The notes: a model not told the origin generated them from the letters alone. Positions 25,636-34,027 are shown, numbered from the stretch's first letter. The stretch: DNA of 43,848 bases from Candidatus Aminicenantales bacterium (GCA_049512315.1 JBEKXF010000009.1:62001-105848); one strand, 5' to 3'. A program made the numbers and translations.

Positions 25636-26418
25636 ATGTCCGAGACCAAGAGACTCCACGTCCCCATCTTGTCACCCTTCCTGCAGCAGATGGGCGAGGT
25701 CGCCATCCTCATGGGCCGGACGGTCCGGGACATGTTCCGCCGCCCCTTCGAGGCGCGGATCTTCGTCCAGCAGCTCGAGAGTGTCGGCGTCAACTCGCTC
25801 TCGGTCGTCTCCCTGACGGCGGCCTTCGGCGGCCTGGTCTTCGGCCTCCAGACCTATTCCGGCTTCCACAAGTACATCGGATCGGGAACGGAAGTCTACA
25901 GCGGCCCGATCATCTCCGTCGGCCTGTGCAAGGAGCTCATCCCCATTCTCGTGGCGCTGATGATCTCCGGCCGCGTCGGGTCCTCCATGGCGGCCGAGCT
26001 CGGGACGATGAAGATCACGGAGCAGATCGACGCCCTGGCCAGCCTGGGAGCCAGCCCCATCCGCTACCTCGTCGTCCCCCGGGCCCTGGCGGCCCTCATC
26101 ATGGTCCCCATCCTGACCCTCTACGGAGACGCGATCGGGATTTTCTGCGGCTTTTTCTACAACATCGTGGGCATGGGGGTCAACCGGGTCGTCTACATCC
26201 GGAACGCCCTCCTCTATTTCGATTTCTGGGATGTCTGCGTCGGCCTCATCAAGGCCCTCGCCTTCGGCTTCGTCATCGCCACCGTCGGCTGCTGGCAGGG
26301 CCTGAAGGCCGAGGGCGGCGCCGAGGGCGTGGGCCGGGCCACGACGCGGAGCGTGGTCATCGCCAGCATCTGCGTCCTCATCTTGAACTTCTTCCTGAGC
26401 AAGGCGCTGCCGAAGTGA
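25636..26418 (+). CDS. mlaE: MlaE-family ABC permease
   Basis: KELIPILVALMISGRVGSSMAAELGTMKITEQIDAL, GAEGVGRATTRSVV. Confidence 0.93.
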   Translation: MSETKRLHVPILSPFLQQMGEVAILMGRTVRDMFRRPFEARIFVQQLESVGVNSLSVVSLTAAFGGLVFGLQTYSGFHKYIGSGTEVYSGPIISVGLCKELIPILVALMISGRVGSSMAAELGTMKITEQIDALASLGASPIRYLVVPRALAALIMVPILTLYGDAIGIFCGFFYNIVGMGVNRVVYIRNALLYFDFWDVCVGLIKALAFGFVIATVGCWQGLKAEGGAEGVGRATTRSVVIASICVLILNFFLSKALPK

Positions 26419-26425
26419 CGGGGCC

Positions 26426-27172
26426 ATGATCAGGATCGTCGACCTCCACAAATCGTTCGGGACAAAGAAGGTCCTCCAGGGCGTCAACCTGGAGATCGGC
26501 GACGGGGAGACCATGGTCGTCATCGGCCAGAGCGGCTCGGGGAAAAGCGTCCTCCTCAAGCACATCATCGGCATGCTCAAGCCGGACCAGGGCCGGGTCT
26601 ACATCGATGACGTCGACATCACCGGGCTCCGGGACGAGGCCCTCCAGCCGGTCCTCCGGAAGTTCGGGATGCTTTTTCAGGGCGCGGCCCTCTTCGACTC
26701 CCTGACCGTGGGCGAGAACGTCGCCTTCGGCCTGAGGCGCTACACGAAACACACCCGGCAAGAGATCGAGGCGATCGTCACGGAGAGCCTGGGGAAGGTC
26801 GGGCTCCGGGGCGTCGAGGACCTCATGCCCCACGAGCTCTCAGGCGGCATGAAGAAGCGCGTCGGCCTGGCCCGGGCCATCGCCTACAAACCGCAGATCA
26901 TCCTCTACGACGAGCCGTCCACCGGCATCGACCCCATCCGGGCGGACTCCATCAACGATCTCATCAACCAGATGAAGCGGGACCTGTGCGTGACGTCGGT
27001 CGTCATCACCCACGACATGGTCAGTTGCTACAAGGTGGCGGACCGGATCGCCATGCTCTACAACGGGGTCATCATCGAGGTCGGGACGCCGGCCGAGATC
27101 CAGGCGACCGCTAATCCAGTCGTCCAGCAGTTCATCCGGGGCCGGGCCGGCGGTCCGATCACGGATTGGTGA
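26426..27172 (+). CDS. mlaF: MlaF-family ABC ATPase
   Basis: GQSGSGKS, LSGGMKKRVGLARA, YDEPSTG, THD. Confidence 0.93.
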   Translation: MIRIVDLHKSFGTKKVLQGVNLEIGDGETMVVIGQSGSGKSVLLKHIIGMLKPDQGRVYIDDVDITGLRDEALQPVLRKFGMLFQGAALFDSLTVGENVAFGLRRYTKHTRQEIEAIVTESLGKVGLRGVEDLMPHELSGGMKKRVGLARAIAYKPQIILYDEPSTGIDPIRADSINDLINQMKRDLCVTSVVITHDMVSCYKVADRIAMLYNGVIIEVGTPAEIQATANPVVQQFIRGRAGGPITDW

Positions 27173-27187
27173 GAAACGAGGTCAACC

Positions 27188-28492
27188 ATGAGCAGAGAGA
27201 AAAAGATCGGCATGTTCTTCGCCGGAGCGCTGGTGATCCTGGCCGTTTTCATCTTTGTCGTCGGGAACCTGTCGAACCTTTTCCGCCGCCCGGGATATCC
27301 CATCGTCATCCGCTATGAAACCTCCCTGGGCCTGGACAAGACCGCCGCCGTGAAGATGGCCGGGATCCGGATCGGCTACGTCAAGGACATCCAGCTCGAG
27401 GGCCGGCGGTCCAAGGTCATCCTGAGCATCTATCCGAAATACAAGATTCCGCGCGGCTCCAAGGCCATCCAGTCCGTCCAGGGCCTCCTCGGCGAGAAAT
27501 ACGTCGACGTCCAGCCCAGCATGGAAGACGATTTCCTCCGGCCGGGCGACGAGCTCGTCCCCGGGCCGTCGTCGGGCATGGACGAGCTGAGCCCCATGCT
27601 GACCTCGCTCGGGAACGACCTCCAGCAGGTCGCCAAGAACCTCCGGGAGATGACGAACAAGGAGACGCGGGACGATTTCGCCCAGGCCGTCAAGAACCTG
27701 GCCTCGGTGACGGCCGAGATCCAGAGCTTCTTTGCGGAGAACAGGGGCAAGTTCGGCCAGACCATCACCGCGGCCTCGAACACGGCTAAGACCGTGGACG
27801 AGCGGGTCCGGGACCTGTCGCAGAGCTTCGATGCCACCCTGACCGACCTGCGTCGGCTCCTCGAGGAGAACCGGGACGGCGTCCATGACAACCTGGGCAA
27901 GCTCAAGGAGGTCCTGTCCAAGATCGAGGAGTCGGCCACCCTCCTGAACAAGTCGCTCGACAAGATCCAGAAGGGTGAGGGGTCGGTCGGGAAGCTCGTC
28001 AACGACGATAGCCTCTACAACGAGGCCCGGGGCGCGGTCCGGGAAGTTCAGCAGATCTCGGACTCCCTCTCGAGCCTTCGGCTCCACGCCGACGTCCGGG
28101 GCGAGTATCTCGCCCGCAGCCGCGCCCTCAAGGGCTTCTTCAACCTGGCCCTCTGGTACAAGGACCGCGCCTTCGCCCTGGGTCAGATCGTCCGGGACCC
28201 GGGCCTGGACCGCTTCACCTACTCCCTCCAGGGCGGGATGCGCTTCGGCGGCTTCGCCCCCCGGGCGGGGATCATCGAATCCGAGTTCGGCGCCGGTGTC
28301 GATTACTATGCCCTCAGGGACCGGCTGATCCTGAGCGTGGAAGGGATGAATTTCAACCGGGCGACGAGCCCGGTCTTCCGGGCCTTCGCAAGATTTTTCC
28401 CCCAGAAAAACGTCTATCTCATCCTCGGCCTGGAGGATTTCACCCTGGCCGCCAAACGGGAGGTCTTTTTCGGCCTGGGCGCGGGTCTTTGA
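27188..28492 (+). CDS. mlaD: Long MCE/MlaD-family protein with helical stalk and beta-rich C-terminus
   Basis: N-terminal TM, MCE domain (GLDKTAAVKMAGIRIGYV, GLLGEKYVD), GEGSVGKLVND, alternating beta-strand pattern at C-terminus. Confidence 0.88.
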   Translation: MSREKKIGMFFAGALVILAVFIFVVGNLSNLFRRPGYPIVIRYETSLGLDKTAAVKMAGIRIGYVKDIQLEGRRSKVILSIYPKYKIPRGSKAIQSVQGLLGEKYVDVQPSMEDDFLRPGDELVPGPSSGMDELSPMLTSLGNDLQQVAKNLREMTNKETRDDFAQAVKNLASVTAEIQSFFAENRGKFGQTITAASNTAKTVDERVRDLSQSFDATLTDLRRLLEENRDGVHDNLGKLKEVLSKIEESATLLNKSLDKIQKGEGSVGKLVNDDSLYNEARGAVREVQQISDSLSSLRLHADVRGEYLARSRALKGFFNLALWYKDRAFALGQIVRDPGLDRFTYSLQGGMRFGGFAPRAGIIESEFGAGVDYYALRDRLILSVEGMNFNRATSPVFRAFARFFPQKNVYLILGLEDFTLAAKREVFFGLGAGL

Positions 28493-29847
28493 TGAAGGAC
28501 AAAACGGTCTTCATCTGCCAGAACTGCGGCTTCCGTTCGCCGAAATGGATGGGGCGGTGCCACAGCTGTGGCGAATGGAACAGCCTCATTGAAGAGGTGG
28601 AGGAGGAGACCCCGGTCGAGATCTCCTTCCCGCCCTCCGACCCGGTCCTCTATAAAGACATCAAGGAACTCGCCAAGCCGAGGATGCAGATCGAGATCGA
28701 GGATTTCAACAAGGTCCTCGGCGGCGGACTCGTCCTCGGCTCCGTCGTCCTCATCGGGGGCGAGCCGGGGATCGGCAAGTCCACGCTCCTCCTGCAGGTG
28801 TCCAAGGGCCTGGCCCAGGTTGGCGAATCGGTCCTTTACGTGTCCGGAGAGGAGTCCCTGGAGCAGATCAAGCTCCGCGGGGACAGGCTCGGGGTCCGCG
28901 ACGGCAGCCTCTACCTCCTTTCGGAAACCAACCTGGAGCGCATCGTCTCCCAGGCCGAGCGCCTCCGGCCGAAGGCCCTGGTCGTGGACTCGGTCCAGAC
29001 GATCTTCTCCTCGAAGATGACCTCGAGCCCGGGGACGATCAGCCAGGTCCGGGAGGTGGCCAACCAGATCTTCCGCTTCGCCAAGAAAAACCAGATCCCC
29101 TCGTTCCTCGTCGGCCACATCACGAAGGAGGGCTCCCTGGCCGGACCGAAGTCCCTCGAGCACATGGTCGACGTCGTCCTCCTTTTCGAAGGGGAGCGGG
29201 ACCACAGCTACCGCGTCCTCCGGGCCCTGAAGAACAGGTTCGGCCCCGTCTCGGAGCTGGCCGTATTCGAAATGACCGCGGCGGGGCTCCAGGCCATCCT
29301 CAACCCGTCGGCCTTCTTCCTCCGGGAAAGGCCCCGCGAGGAGGCCGGCAGCGCCGTCGTCTGCACCATCAAAGGGACGCGGCCCTTTCTCGCCGAGATC
29401 CAGGCCCTCGTGTCGTCCACCCTCTTCACCGGGAACCCCCGGCGGATGAGCATCGGTCTCGACCATTACCGGACGTCCATGCTCCTGGCCTTGGTGGAGA
29501 AGAAGGTCGGATACAGCTTCGCGGGAGAGGACATCTACCTGAACGTGGCCGGAGGGATGACGATCGACGAGCCGGCGGCCGACCTCGGCGTGGTCATGGC
29601 GGTCGTCTCCTCCCTGAAGAACATGCCCCTGCCCAAGGACATGACGTTCTTCGGCGAAGTCGGCCTGAGCGGCGAGATCCGTTCCGTCAGCCAGCCCCTG
29701 GCCCGGATCAAGGAGGCCCAGACGCTCGGCTTCGGGAGCATCCTCGTCCCCGCCGGAAACCTGGACGCCCTGGACAAGGCCGACCTGCCGGCCATCCAGT
29801 GCCTCGGCGTCAAGACGGTCAAGCAGGCGCTCCAGTATGTATTTTAA
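28492..29847 (+). CDS. radA: DNA repair protein RadA/Sms
   Basis: C4 zinc finger, GGEPGIGKSTLLLQ, KNRFG, Lon-like C-terminal domain. Confidence 0.98.
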   Translation: MKDKTVFICQNCGFRSPKWMGRCHSCGEWNSLIEEVEEETPVEISFPPSDPVLYKDIKELAKPRMQIEIEDFNKVLGGGLVLGSVVLIGGEPGIGKSTLLLQVSKGLAQVGESVLYVSGEESLEQIKLRGDRLGVRDGSLYLLSETNLERIVSQAERLRPKALVVDSVQTIFSSKMTSSPGTISQVREVANQIFRFAKKNQIPSFLVGHITKEGSLAGPKSLEHMVDVVLLFEGERDHSYRVLRALKNRFGPVSELAVFEMTAAGLQAILNPSAFFLRERPREEAGSAVVCTIKGTRPFLAEIQALVSSTLFTGNPRRMSIGLDHYRTSMLLALVEKKVGYSFAGEDIYLNVAGGMTIDEPAADLGVVMAVVSSLKNMPLPKDMTFFGEVGLSGEIRSVSQPLARIKEAQTLGFGSILVPAGNLDALDKADLPAIQCLGVKTVKQALQYVF

Positions 29848-29875
29848 GGGACATTAAAATATAGGGATCGTTCCG

Positions 29876-30865
29876 ATGGGCATGGCAATTTTCCGGTTTT
29901 TCATCCTCAGCCTCATCACCGTGGCCGGATATTTCTATCCGCCCTTCCGGCTGACCCGGCTCACCGGGGCCGCCGTGGCCTTCGTCCTCGGCCTCATTTT
30001 CATGGTCCTCGAGACGAGGATCCGCAGGTCCCAGTTCAAGGTCATCTGGAGCTCGGGCCTGGGCCTGCTCGCGGGCATCTTCCTCGGCTGGATGATCGGC
30101 TCGATCTACCAGTCGGTCGTCCACACGCCGGAGATGGCCACCTTCATCCGCATCTTCTTCCTGATCATCCTGCCCTACATCGGCCTCCTGATCGGGACCC
30201 GGAAGCCGGAGTGGCTCGACCCGGCCAGCCTCGTTCGGCTGTTCAAGGAGAAAGGCGCCGGCCGGAGCGCCAAGCTCCTGGACACGAGCGTCATCATCGA
30301 CGGCCGGATCGCCGACCTCTGCGACACGGCCTTCATCGAGGGCGCGCTCGTCGTCCCCCAGTTCGTCCTCAAGGAGCTCCAGCTTGTCGCCGACTCCCCA
30401 GACGTGCTGAAGCGCCAGCGCGGCCGCCGCGGGCTCGATGTCCTCGATCACCTGCAGAAATCTTCCCAGGTGTCGGTCGTTATCTCGGACATGGATTTCC
30501 CCGACATCCGGGACGTCGATTCCAAGCTCATCGAGTGCGCCAAGACGCTGGACGCCAAGATCGTCACTAACGATTTCAACCTGAACAAGGTCGCCCGCAT
30601 CCACGGCATCCAGGTCCTCAACATCAACGAGCTGGCCAACGCCCTCCGTCCGGTCGTCCTGCCCGGCGAGGCGATGAAGGTCTTCATCCTGAAGGAGGGC
30701 AAGGAAAAGGACCAGGGCGTCGCCTACCTGGACGACGGCACCATGGTCGTCGTCGACAACTCCCGGCGGATGATCGGCCAGACGGTCAGCGTCACGGTCA
30801 CGTCGGTCCTCCAGACGACGGTCGGGAAGATGATCTTCGGCCGCTACAACGGAGAGAGCCGGTGA
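29876..30865 (+). CDS. Membrane PIN/TRAM-domain protein (YacL-like)
   Basis: N-terminal TMs, LDTSVIIDGRI, RGRRGLD, TNDFNLNK, GVAYLDDGTMVVV. Confidence 0.93.
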   Translation: MGMAIFRFFILSLITVAGYFYPPFRLTRLTGAAVAFVLGLIFMVLETRIRRSQFKVIWSSGLGLLAGIFLGWMIGSIYQSVVHTPEMATFIRIFFLIILPYIGLLIGTRKPEWLDPASLVRLFKEKGAGRSAKLLDTSVIIDGRIADLCDTAFIEGALVVPQFVLKELQLVADSPDVLKRQRGRRGLDVLDHLQKSSQVSVVISDMDFPDIRDVDSKLIECAKTLDAKIVTNDFNLNKVARIHGIQVLNINELANALRPVVLPGEAMKVFILKEGKEKDQGVAYLDDGTMVVVDNSRRMIGQTVSVTVTSVLQTTVGKMIFGRYNGESR

Positions 30866-31527
30866 GCCGCGTGGCGGCGATTGTCGTCGCGGCCGGGGCC
30901 GGGAAGCGGTTCGGGCAGATGAAGCAGTTCGTCTACCTGAAGGGCAAGCCCGTCCTCGAATGGACGCTGGAAAAGTTCCAGGCCCACGAAGAGGTGGGGT
31001 CGATCGTCCTCGTCCTCCCGGACGAAGAGGACCGGAAGCATTACCAGATGCGCTACGGCAAGATCATCGACGTCGTCAGGGGCGGGGAAAAGCGGCAGGA
31101 CTCCGTCTGGCAGGGGTTCAGGCTCCTCGATCAGGCGACGACGGAGCTCGTCCTTGTCCACGACGGGGCCAGGCCGCTCGTCGACGGCCGCCTCATCAGC
31201 CGGATCATCGCCGAGACCCGGGCGGCCGGGGCCGCCATTCCGGTCGTCCCCTTCGAAGATACAGCCAAGGAAGTCCGCGAGGGCCTCGTCGTCCGGACCG
31301 TGGACCGGCGCGGGCTTTTCCGCGTCCAGACTCCCCAGGGATTCCTCTACCCTGTTCTCCAAAAGGCCCTGGACGCGGCCCGCCGGGACCGCTTTTACGG
31401 GACGGACGAGGCGATGCTCGTCGAGCGGGCGGGCCTCCCCGTCCGCGCGGTCGAAGGGGACCCGCGGAACATCAAGATCACGACGCCCTTGGACCTGAAG
31501 GTCGCGGAGGCCTTGCTCGATGCATAA
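30862..31527 (+). CDS. ispD: 2-C-methyl-D-erythritol 4-phosphate cytidylyltransferase
   Basis: AAGAGKRF, GGEKRQDSV, VHDGARP, QTPQGF, NIKITTPLDL. Confidence 0.96.
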   Translation: MSRVAAIVVAAGAGKRFGQMKQFVYLKGKPVLEWTLEKFQAHEEVGSIVLVLPDEEDRKHYQMRYGKIIDVVRGGEKRQDSVWQGFRLLDQATTELVLVHDGARPLVDGRLISRIIAETRAAGAAIPVVPFEDTAKEVREGLVVRTVDRRGLFRVQTPQGFLYPVLQKALDAARRDRFYGTDEAMLVERAGLPVRAVEGDPRNIKITTPLDLKVAEALLDA

Positions 31528-31993
31528 GATCGGTTTCGGGTATGACATCCATCCGCTCGTCGCGGGGCGGAAGCTCGTCCTTGGCGGCCTGGAGATCCCG
31601 TTTCCGCGGGGCCTCTCCGGGCACTCGGACGGGGACGCCCTTGTCCACGCGGTCGCCGACGCCCTGCTCGGGGCCCTGGGGGAAGGCGACATCGGCCGGC
31701 TTTTTCCGGACACCGACCCGCGCACGGAGGGCGTCTCCAGCCTCCTCCTTCTGGCCGATGTCATGGCCAGGCTCAAGCCCGGCGGCTGGAGGGTCGTGAA
31801 CGTCGACGCGGTCGTCGTGGCCGAGGAGCCGAAGATCTCTCCCCACGTCCCAGCGATGAAAAATGTTCTCTGCCCCGTCCTGGGGATCGAGCAGACGGGC
31901 CTGGGCATCAAGGGCAAGACGAACGAAGGCGTCGGGCCCGTCGGCGAGGGCCGGGCCATCGCCTGCTGGGCCGTGGCCCTCATCGAGAGATAA
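31520..31993 (+). CDS. ispF: 2-C-methyl-D-erythritol 2,4-cyclodiphosphate synthase
   Basis: IGFGYDIH, GHSDGDALVHAVADALLGA, GDIG, KGKTNEG. Confidence 0.97.
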   Translation: MHKIGFGYDIHPLVAGRKLVLGGLEIPFPRGLSGHSDGDALVHAVADALLGALGEGDIGRLFPDTDPRTEGVSSLLLLADVMARLKPGGWRVVNVDAVVVAEEPKISPHVPAMKNVLCPVLGIEQTGLGIKGKTNEGVGPVGEGRAIACWAVALIER

Positions 31994-32034
31994 AAAAAGG
32001 CCGCCGTTTTTCCCCTCGGAAAAAGCGGCGGCCT
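31992..32034 (-). terminator. Intrinsic terminator of the minus-strand small-ORF pair
   Basis: AGGCCGCCG-TTTTTCC cctc GGAAAAA-g-CGGCGGCCT hairpin preceded on + by A7 (U-tract on minus). Confidence 0.8.
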
Positions 32035-32145
32035 CTACGCGTTGAGAATCGGCCTGCAGGCCAGGAGCCGTGCATCTCCCAGGAACAGCCGGAAGACAAC
32101 CGACCGGTCGAGAAGCAAGCAGTTCCAGATCCTGAACCGCTTCAT
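32035..32145 (-). CDS. 36-aa small protein (MKRFRIWNCLLLDRSVVFRLFLGDARLLACRPILNA)
   Basis: TGATG stop/start overlap with the upstream 65-aa ORF; 30 of 36 codons end in G/C; stop abuts terminator. Confidence 0.55.
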   Translation of the reverse strand: MKRFRIWNCLLLDRSVVFRLFLGDARLLACRPILNA

Positions 32146-32342
32146 CAGGTCAGCCCGTTGAAGTGCACGACGGCCGGGGCGTCGGATCCGAGCTTCGCCG
32201 TCACAACCACGTCGACGTGGTAGCCGCGCGTCTGGCCGAGCTGGGACATGCTCAGGGCCGACGTCGAGGCGATCAGATTGAACCCGACCAGGGTGATCAT
32301 CACGGCCATCAGTAAGATGGCGATCTTGGCTTTCGCTTTCAT
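32145..32342 (-). CDS. 65-aa small protein with signal-peptide/TM-like N-terminus
   Basis: GGAGGT SD 5 nt before ATG; host-like codon usage; ECF-type promoter upstream. Confidence 0.75.
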   Translation of the reverse strand: MKAKAKIAILLMAVMITLVGFNLIASTSALSMSQLGQTRGYHVDVVVTAKLGSDAPAVVHFNGLT

Positions 32343-32378
32343 TTTGAACCTCCAAGTTGATTTCGTTCTTCCATAGCA

Positions 32379-32407
32379 TTAGACGCGCGTTGAAGCCAAA
32401 AGGTTCC
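32379..32407 (-). promoter_or_regulatory. ECF sigma-type promoter 1
   Basis: GGAACC-N16-CGTCTAA. Confidence 0.65.
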
Positions 32408-32428
32408 ATTTTTCTTGAGCCGCCTCTG

Positions 32429-32457
32429 TTGACTGATCTTCTTTTTCCGTTTATTCT
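32429..32457 (+). promoter_or_regulatory. Sigma70 promoter for 37-aa ORF
   Basis: TTGACT-N17-TATTCT. Confidence 0.55.
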
Positions 32458-32485
32458 CCCCGTGGCGTATCCGAGAGGAGGTCCC

Positions 32486-32599
32486 ATGAACACTCGCCCG
32501 CTCCGTATCTTCCTCGCCGCGGGAACCGAGGCCCTCTGGTTCCTGGCCGCGGCTGGACCCAGGGCGGCGCCCGAGCGGTCCACGTTCCTGGTTTCCTGA
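32486..32599 (+). CDS. 37-aa small ORF (MNTRPLRIFLAAGTEALWFLAAAGPRAAPERSTFLVS), possibly a gene remnant
   Basis: GAGGAGGT SD, upstream promoter, 31 of 37 codons end in G/C. Confidence 0.45.
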   Translation: MNTRPLRIFLAAGTEALWFLAAAGPRAAPERSTFLVS

Positions 32600-32651
32600 C
32601 GTCCGGACGGATTAGCGTAACTCATTGTTATGGAATAAGTTATCTGGGAAT

Positions 32652-32682
32652 GGAAGAAATTATTCGGCCGTTCGTCTATAAT
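32652..32682 (+). promoter_or_regulatory. ECF sigma-type promoter 2, overlapped by a TATAAT
   Basis: GGAAGA-N15-CGTCTA (32652-32678); TATAAT at 32677-32682. Confidence 0.6.
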
Positions 32683-32703
32683 AGAGAAAAGGAGTACTGT
32701 CAT

Positions 32704-33078
32704 ATGAAAAAATCATTATTGCTGAGCCTGGCCTTGACGCTGGCCGTGATGGCGTCCTTCGCCCTGGCCGCCGTCAACGTCACCGGCGACTGGGAGATGA
32801 CGCGGACGACGCCGCGCGGCCCGATGACCTCGACGATCTCATTCACGCAGACCGACGAGAATCTGACCGTGAAGATGCCGGGGCGGAACGGCGAGGAGAT
32901 GACGGGTACCGGAACGGTCAAGGGCAACGAGCTCGAATGGACGATCACCCGGACCGGCCCCCAGGGCGAGATGAAGATCACCTACAAGGCCAAGGTCGAA
33001 GGCGACAAGATGACCGGGACTTCTCAATTCGGAGACCGGCCGGCCACGGAGTGGACCGCCGTCAAAAAGGCAAAGTAA
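32704..33078 (+). CDS. Secreted beta-rich (lipocalin/streptavidin-like) hypothetical protein
   Basis: AAGGAG SD, signal peptide ending AFALA-like site (SFALA), VTGDW motif, repeated amphipathic strands. Confidence 0.8.
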   Translation: MKKSLLLSLALTLAVMASFALAAVNVTGDWEMTRTTPRGPMTSTISFTQTDENLTVKMPGRNGEEMTGTGTVKGNELEWTITRTGPQGEMKITYKAKVEGDKMTGTSQFGDRPATEWTAVKKAK

Positions 33079-33151
33079 GCGATTCGTTGAGCCTTCCGGC
33101 CTCCTCGCCCCTGGGCGAGAAGACCCGAAGGCCGTGAATTTCCGGCAATCG

Positions 33152-33194
33152 GAGGAAGCCGGTCGTCCATGCGCCCGGCTTCCTCTTGTTTTTT
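33152..33194 (+). terminator. Intrinsic terminator
   Basis: GAGGAAGCCGG/CCGGCTTCCTC 11-bp stem followed by TTGTTTTTT. Confidence 0.8.
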
Positions 33195-33392
33195 ACCAGA
33201 CGCCCGGTCGCCTTCGATCCCCCCGTCCCTTTTCCCGGCTCGGGATATCCGCTATAATGGATGGCCGGCGGCAGGGGTGATCCGGTTGGACTCGATCCCA
33301 AAGAGACTCCTGCCAAGACGGTCAGGCCTGTTCGGACGCCGGTTGAATCAGGCTCGCCCGAAGCGGAGTTGACTTCAGAAAGGGCGTCGTTT

Positions 33393-33420
33393 GGAAGTTT
33401 TCTGCCGTCCTCCCGTCTAA
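33393..33420 (+). promoter_or_regulatory. ECF sigma-type promoter 3 (putative autoregulatory)
   Basis: GGAAGT-N15-CGTCTAA immediately upstream of the sigma gene. Confidence 0.65.
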
Positions 33421-33451
33421 AGGGATGCGGAGGACAAGTGAGCAAAATCGC

Positions 33452-34027
33452 ATGGACGAAAAGCAACTGGTCAGACTGGCCCAGGACGGAAGCCAGGCGG
33501 CTTTCGAAGAGCTGGTCACGAAATACCAGTCCAAGGTGTTCAGCATGGCGATGAGCTTTATCCGGAACCGGGAAGCGGCCGACGACGCGGCCCAGGAGGT
33601 CTTTCTCAAGGCCTACCTGGCCCTTCCGAAGTTCCACCTGAAATCCGAGTTCGGCACCTGGCTCTACCGGATCGCCATCAATCACATCAAGGACGTCCTG
33701 CGGAAAAGGGGCCGGGCCAGGGAAGTCTCGCTCGACGACGTCCGGAAGCTCTCGATCGCGGACGAGAACGCCCTGGAAAAGGCCGAGGCGGAGCGTGAGA
33801 CGGAAGCCCGCAAGAACCTCGTCCAGGGGTTCGTCCAGGGCCTCCCGGAGAAATACCGGGTCATCGTGACGCTCCGGGACATCCAGGGCCTCCCGTATGA
33901 AGAGCTCTCTCAGGTCCTTCATCTGTCTCCCGGGACCGTGGACTCGAGACTCCACAGGGCCCGGAGGATGCTCAGGACGAAGCTGGCTCCCCATTTGGGT
34001 CAGGAAGGAGGGTCTCATGAAATGTAA
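33452..34027 (+). CDS. ECF RNA polymerase sigma factor
   Basis: Region 2 (DDAAQEVFLKAY, FGTWLYRIAIN) and region 4 (GTVDSRLHRAR); alternative start at ATG 33425. Confidence 0.96.
   Translation: MDEKQLVRLAQDGSQAAFEELVTKYQSKVFSMAMSFIRNREAADDAAQEVFLKAYLALPKFHLKSEFGTWLYRIAINHIKDVLRKRGRAREVSLDDVRKLSIADENALEKAEAERETEARKNLVQGFVQGLPEKYRVIVTLRDIQGLPYEELSQVLHLSPGTVDSRLHRARRMLRTKLAPHLGQEGGSHEM

Noticed and set aside
33320..33342. GGTCAGGCC...GGACGCC resembling the SRP RNA S domain
   Set aside because: Lacks the GNRA tetraloop and the GGAAGCAG motif
33261..33554. 97-aa ORF upstream of and overlapping the sigma gene
   Set aside because: ATG is only 2 nt from the TATAAT, no SD, atypical codon usage, out-of-frame overlap with sigma
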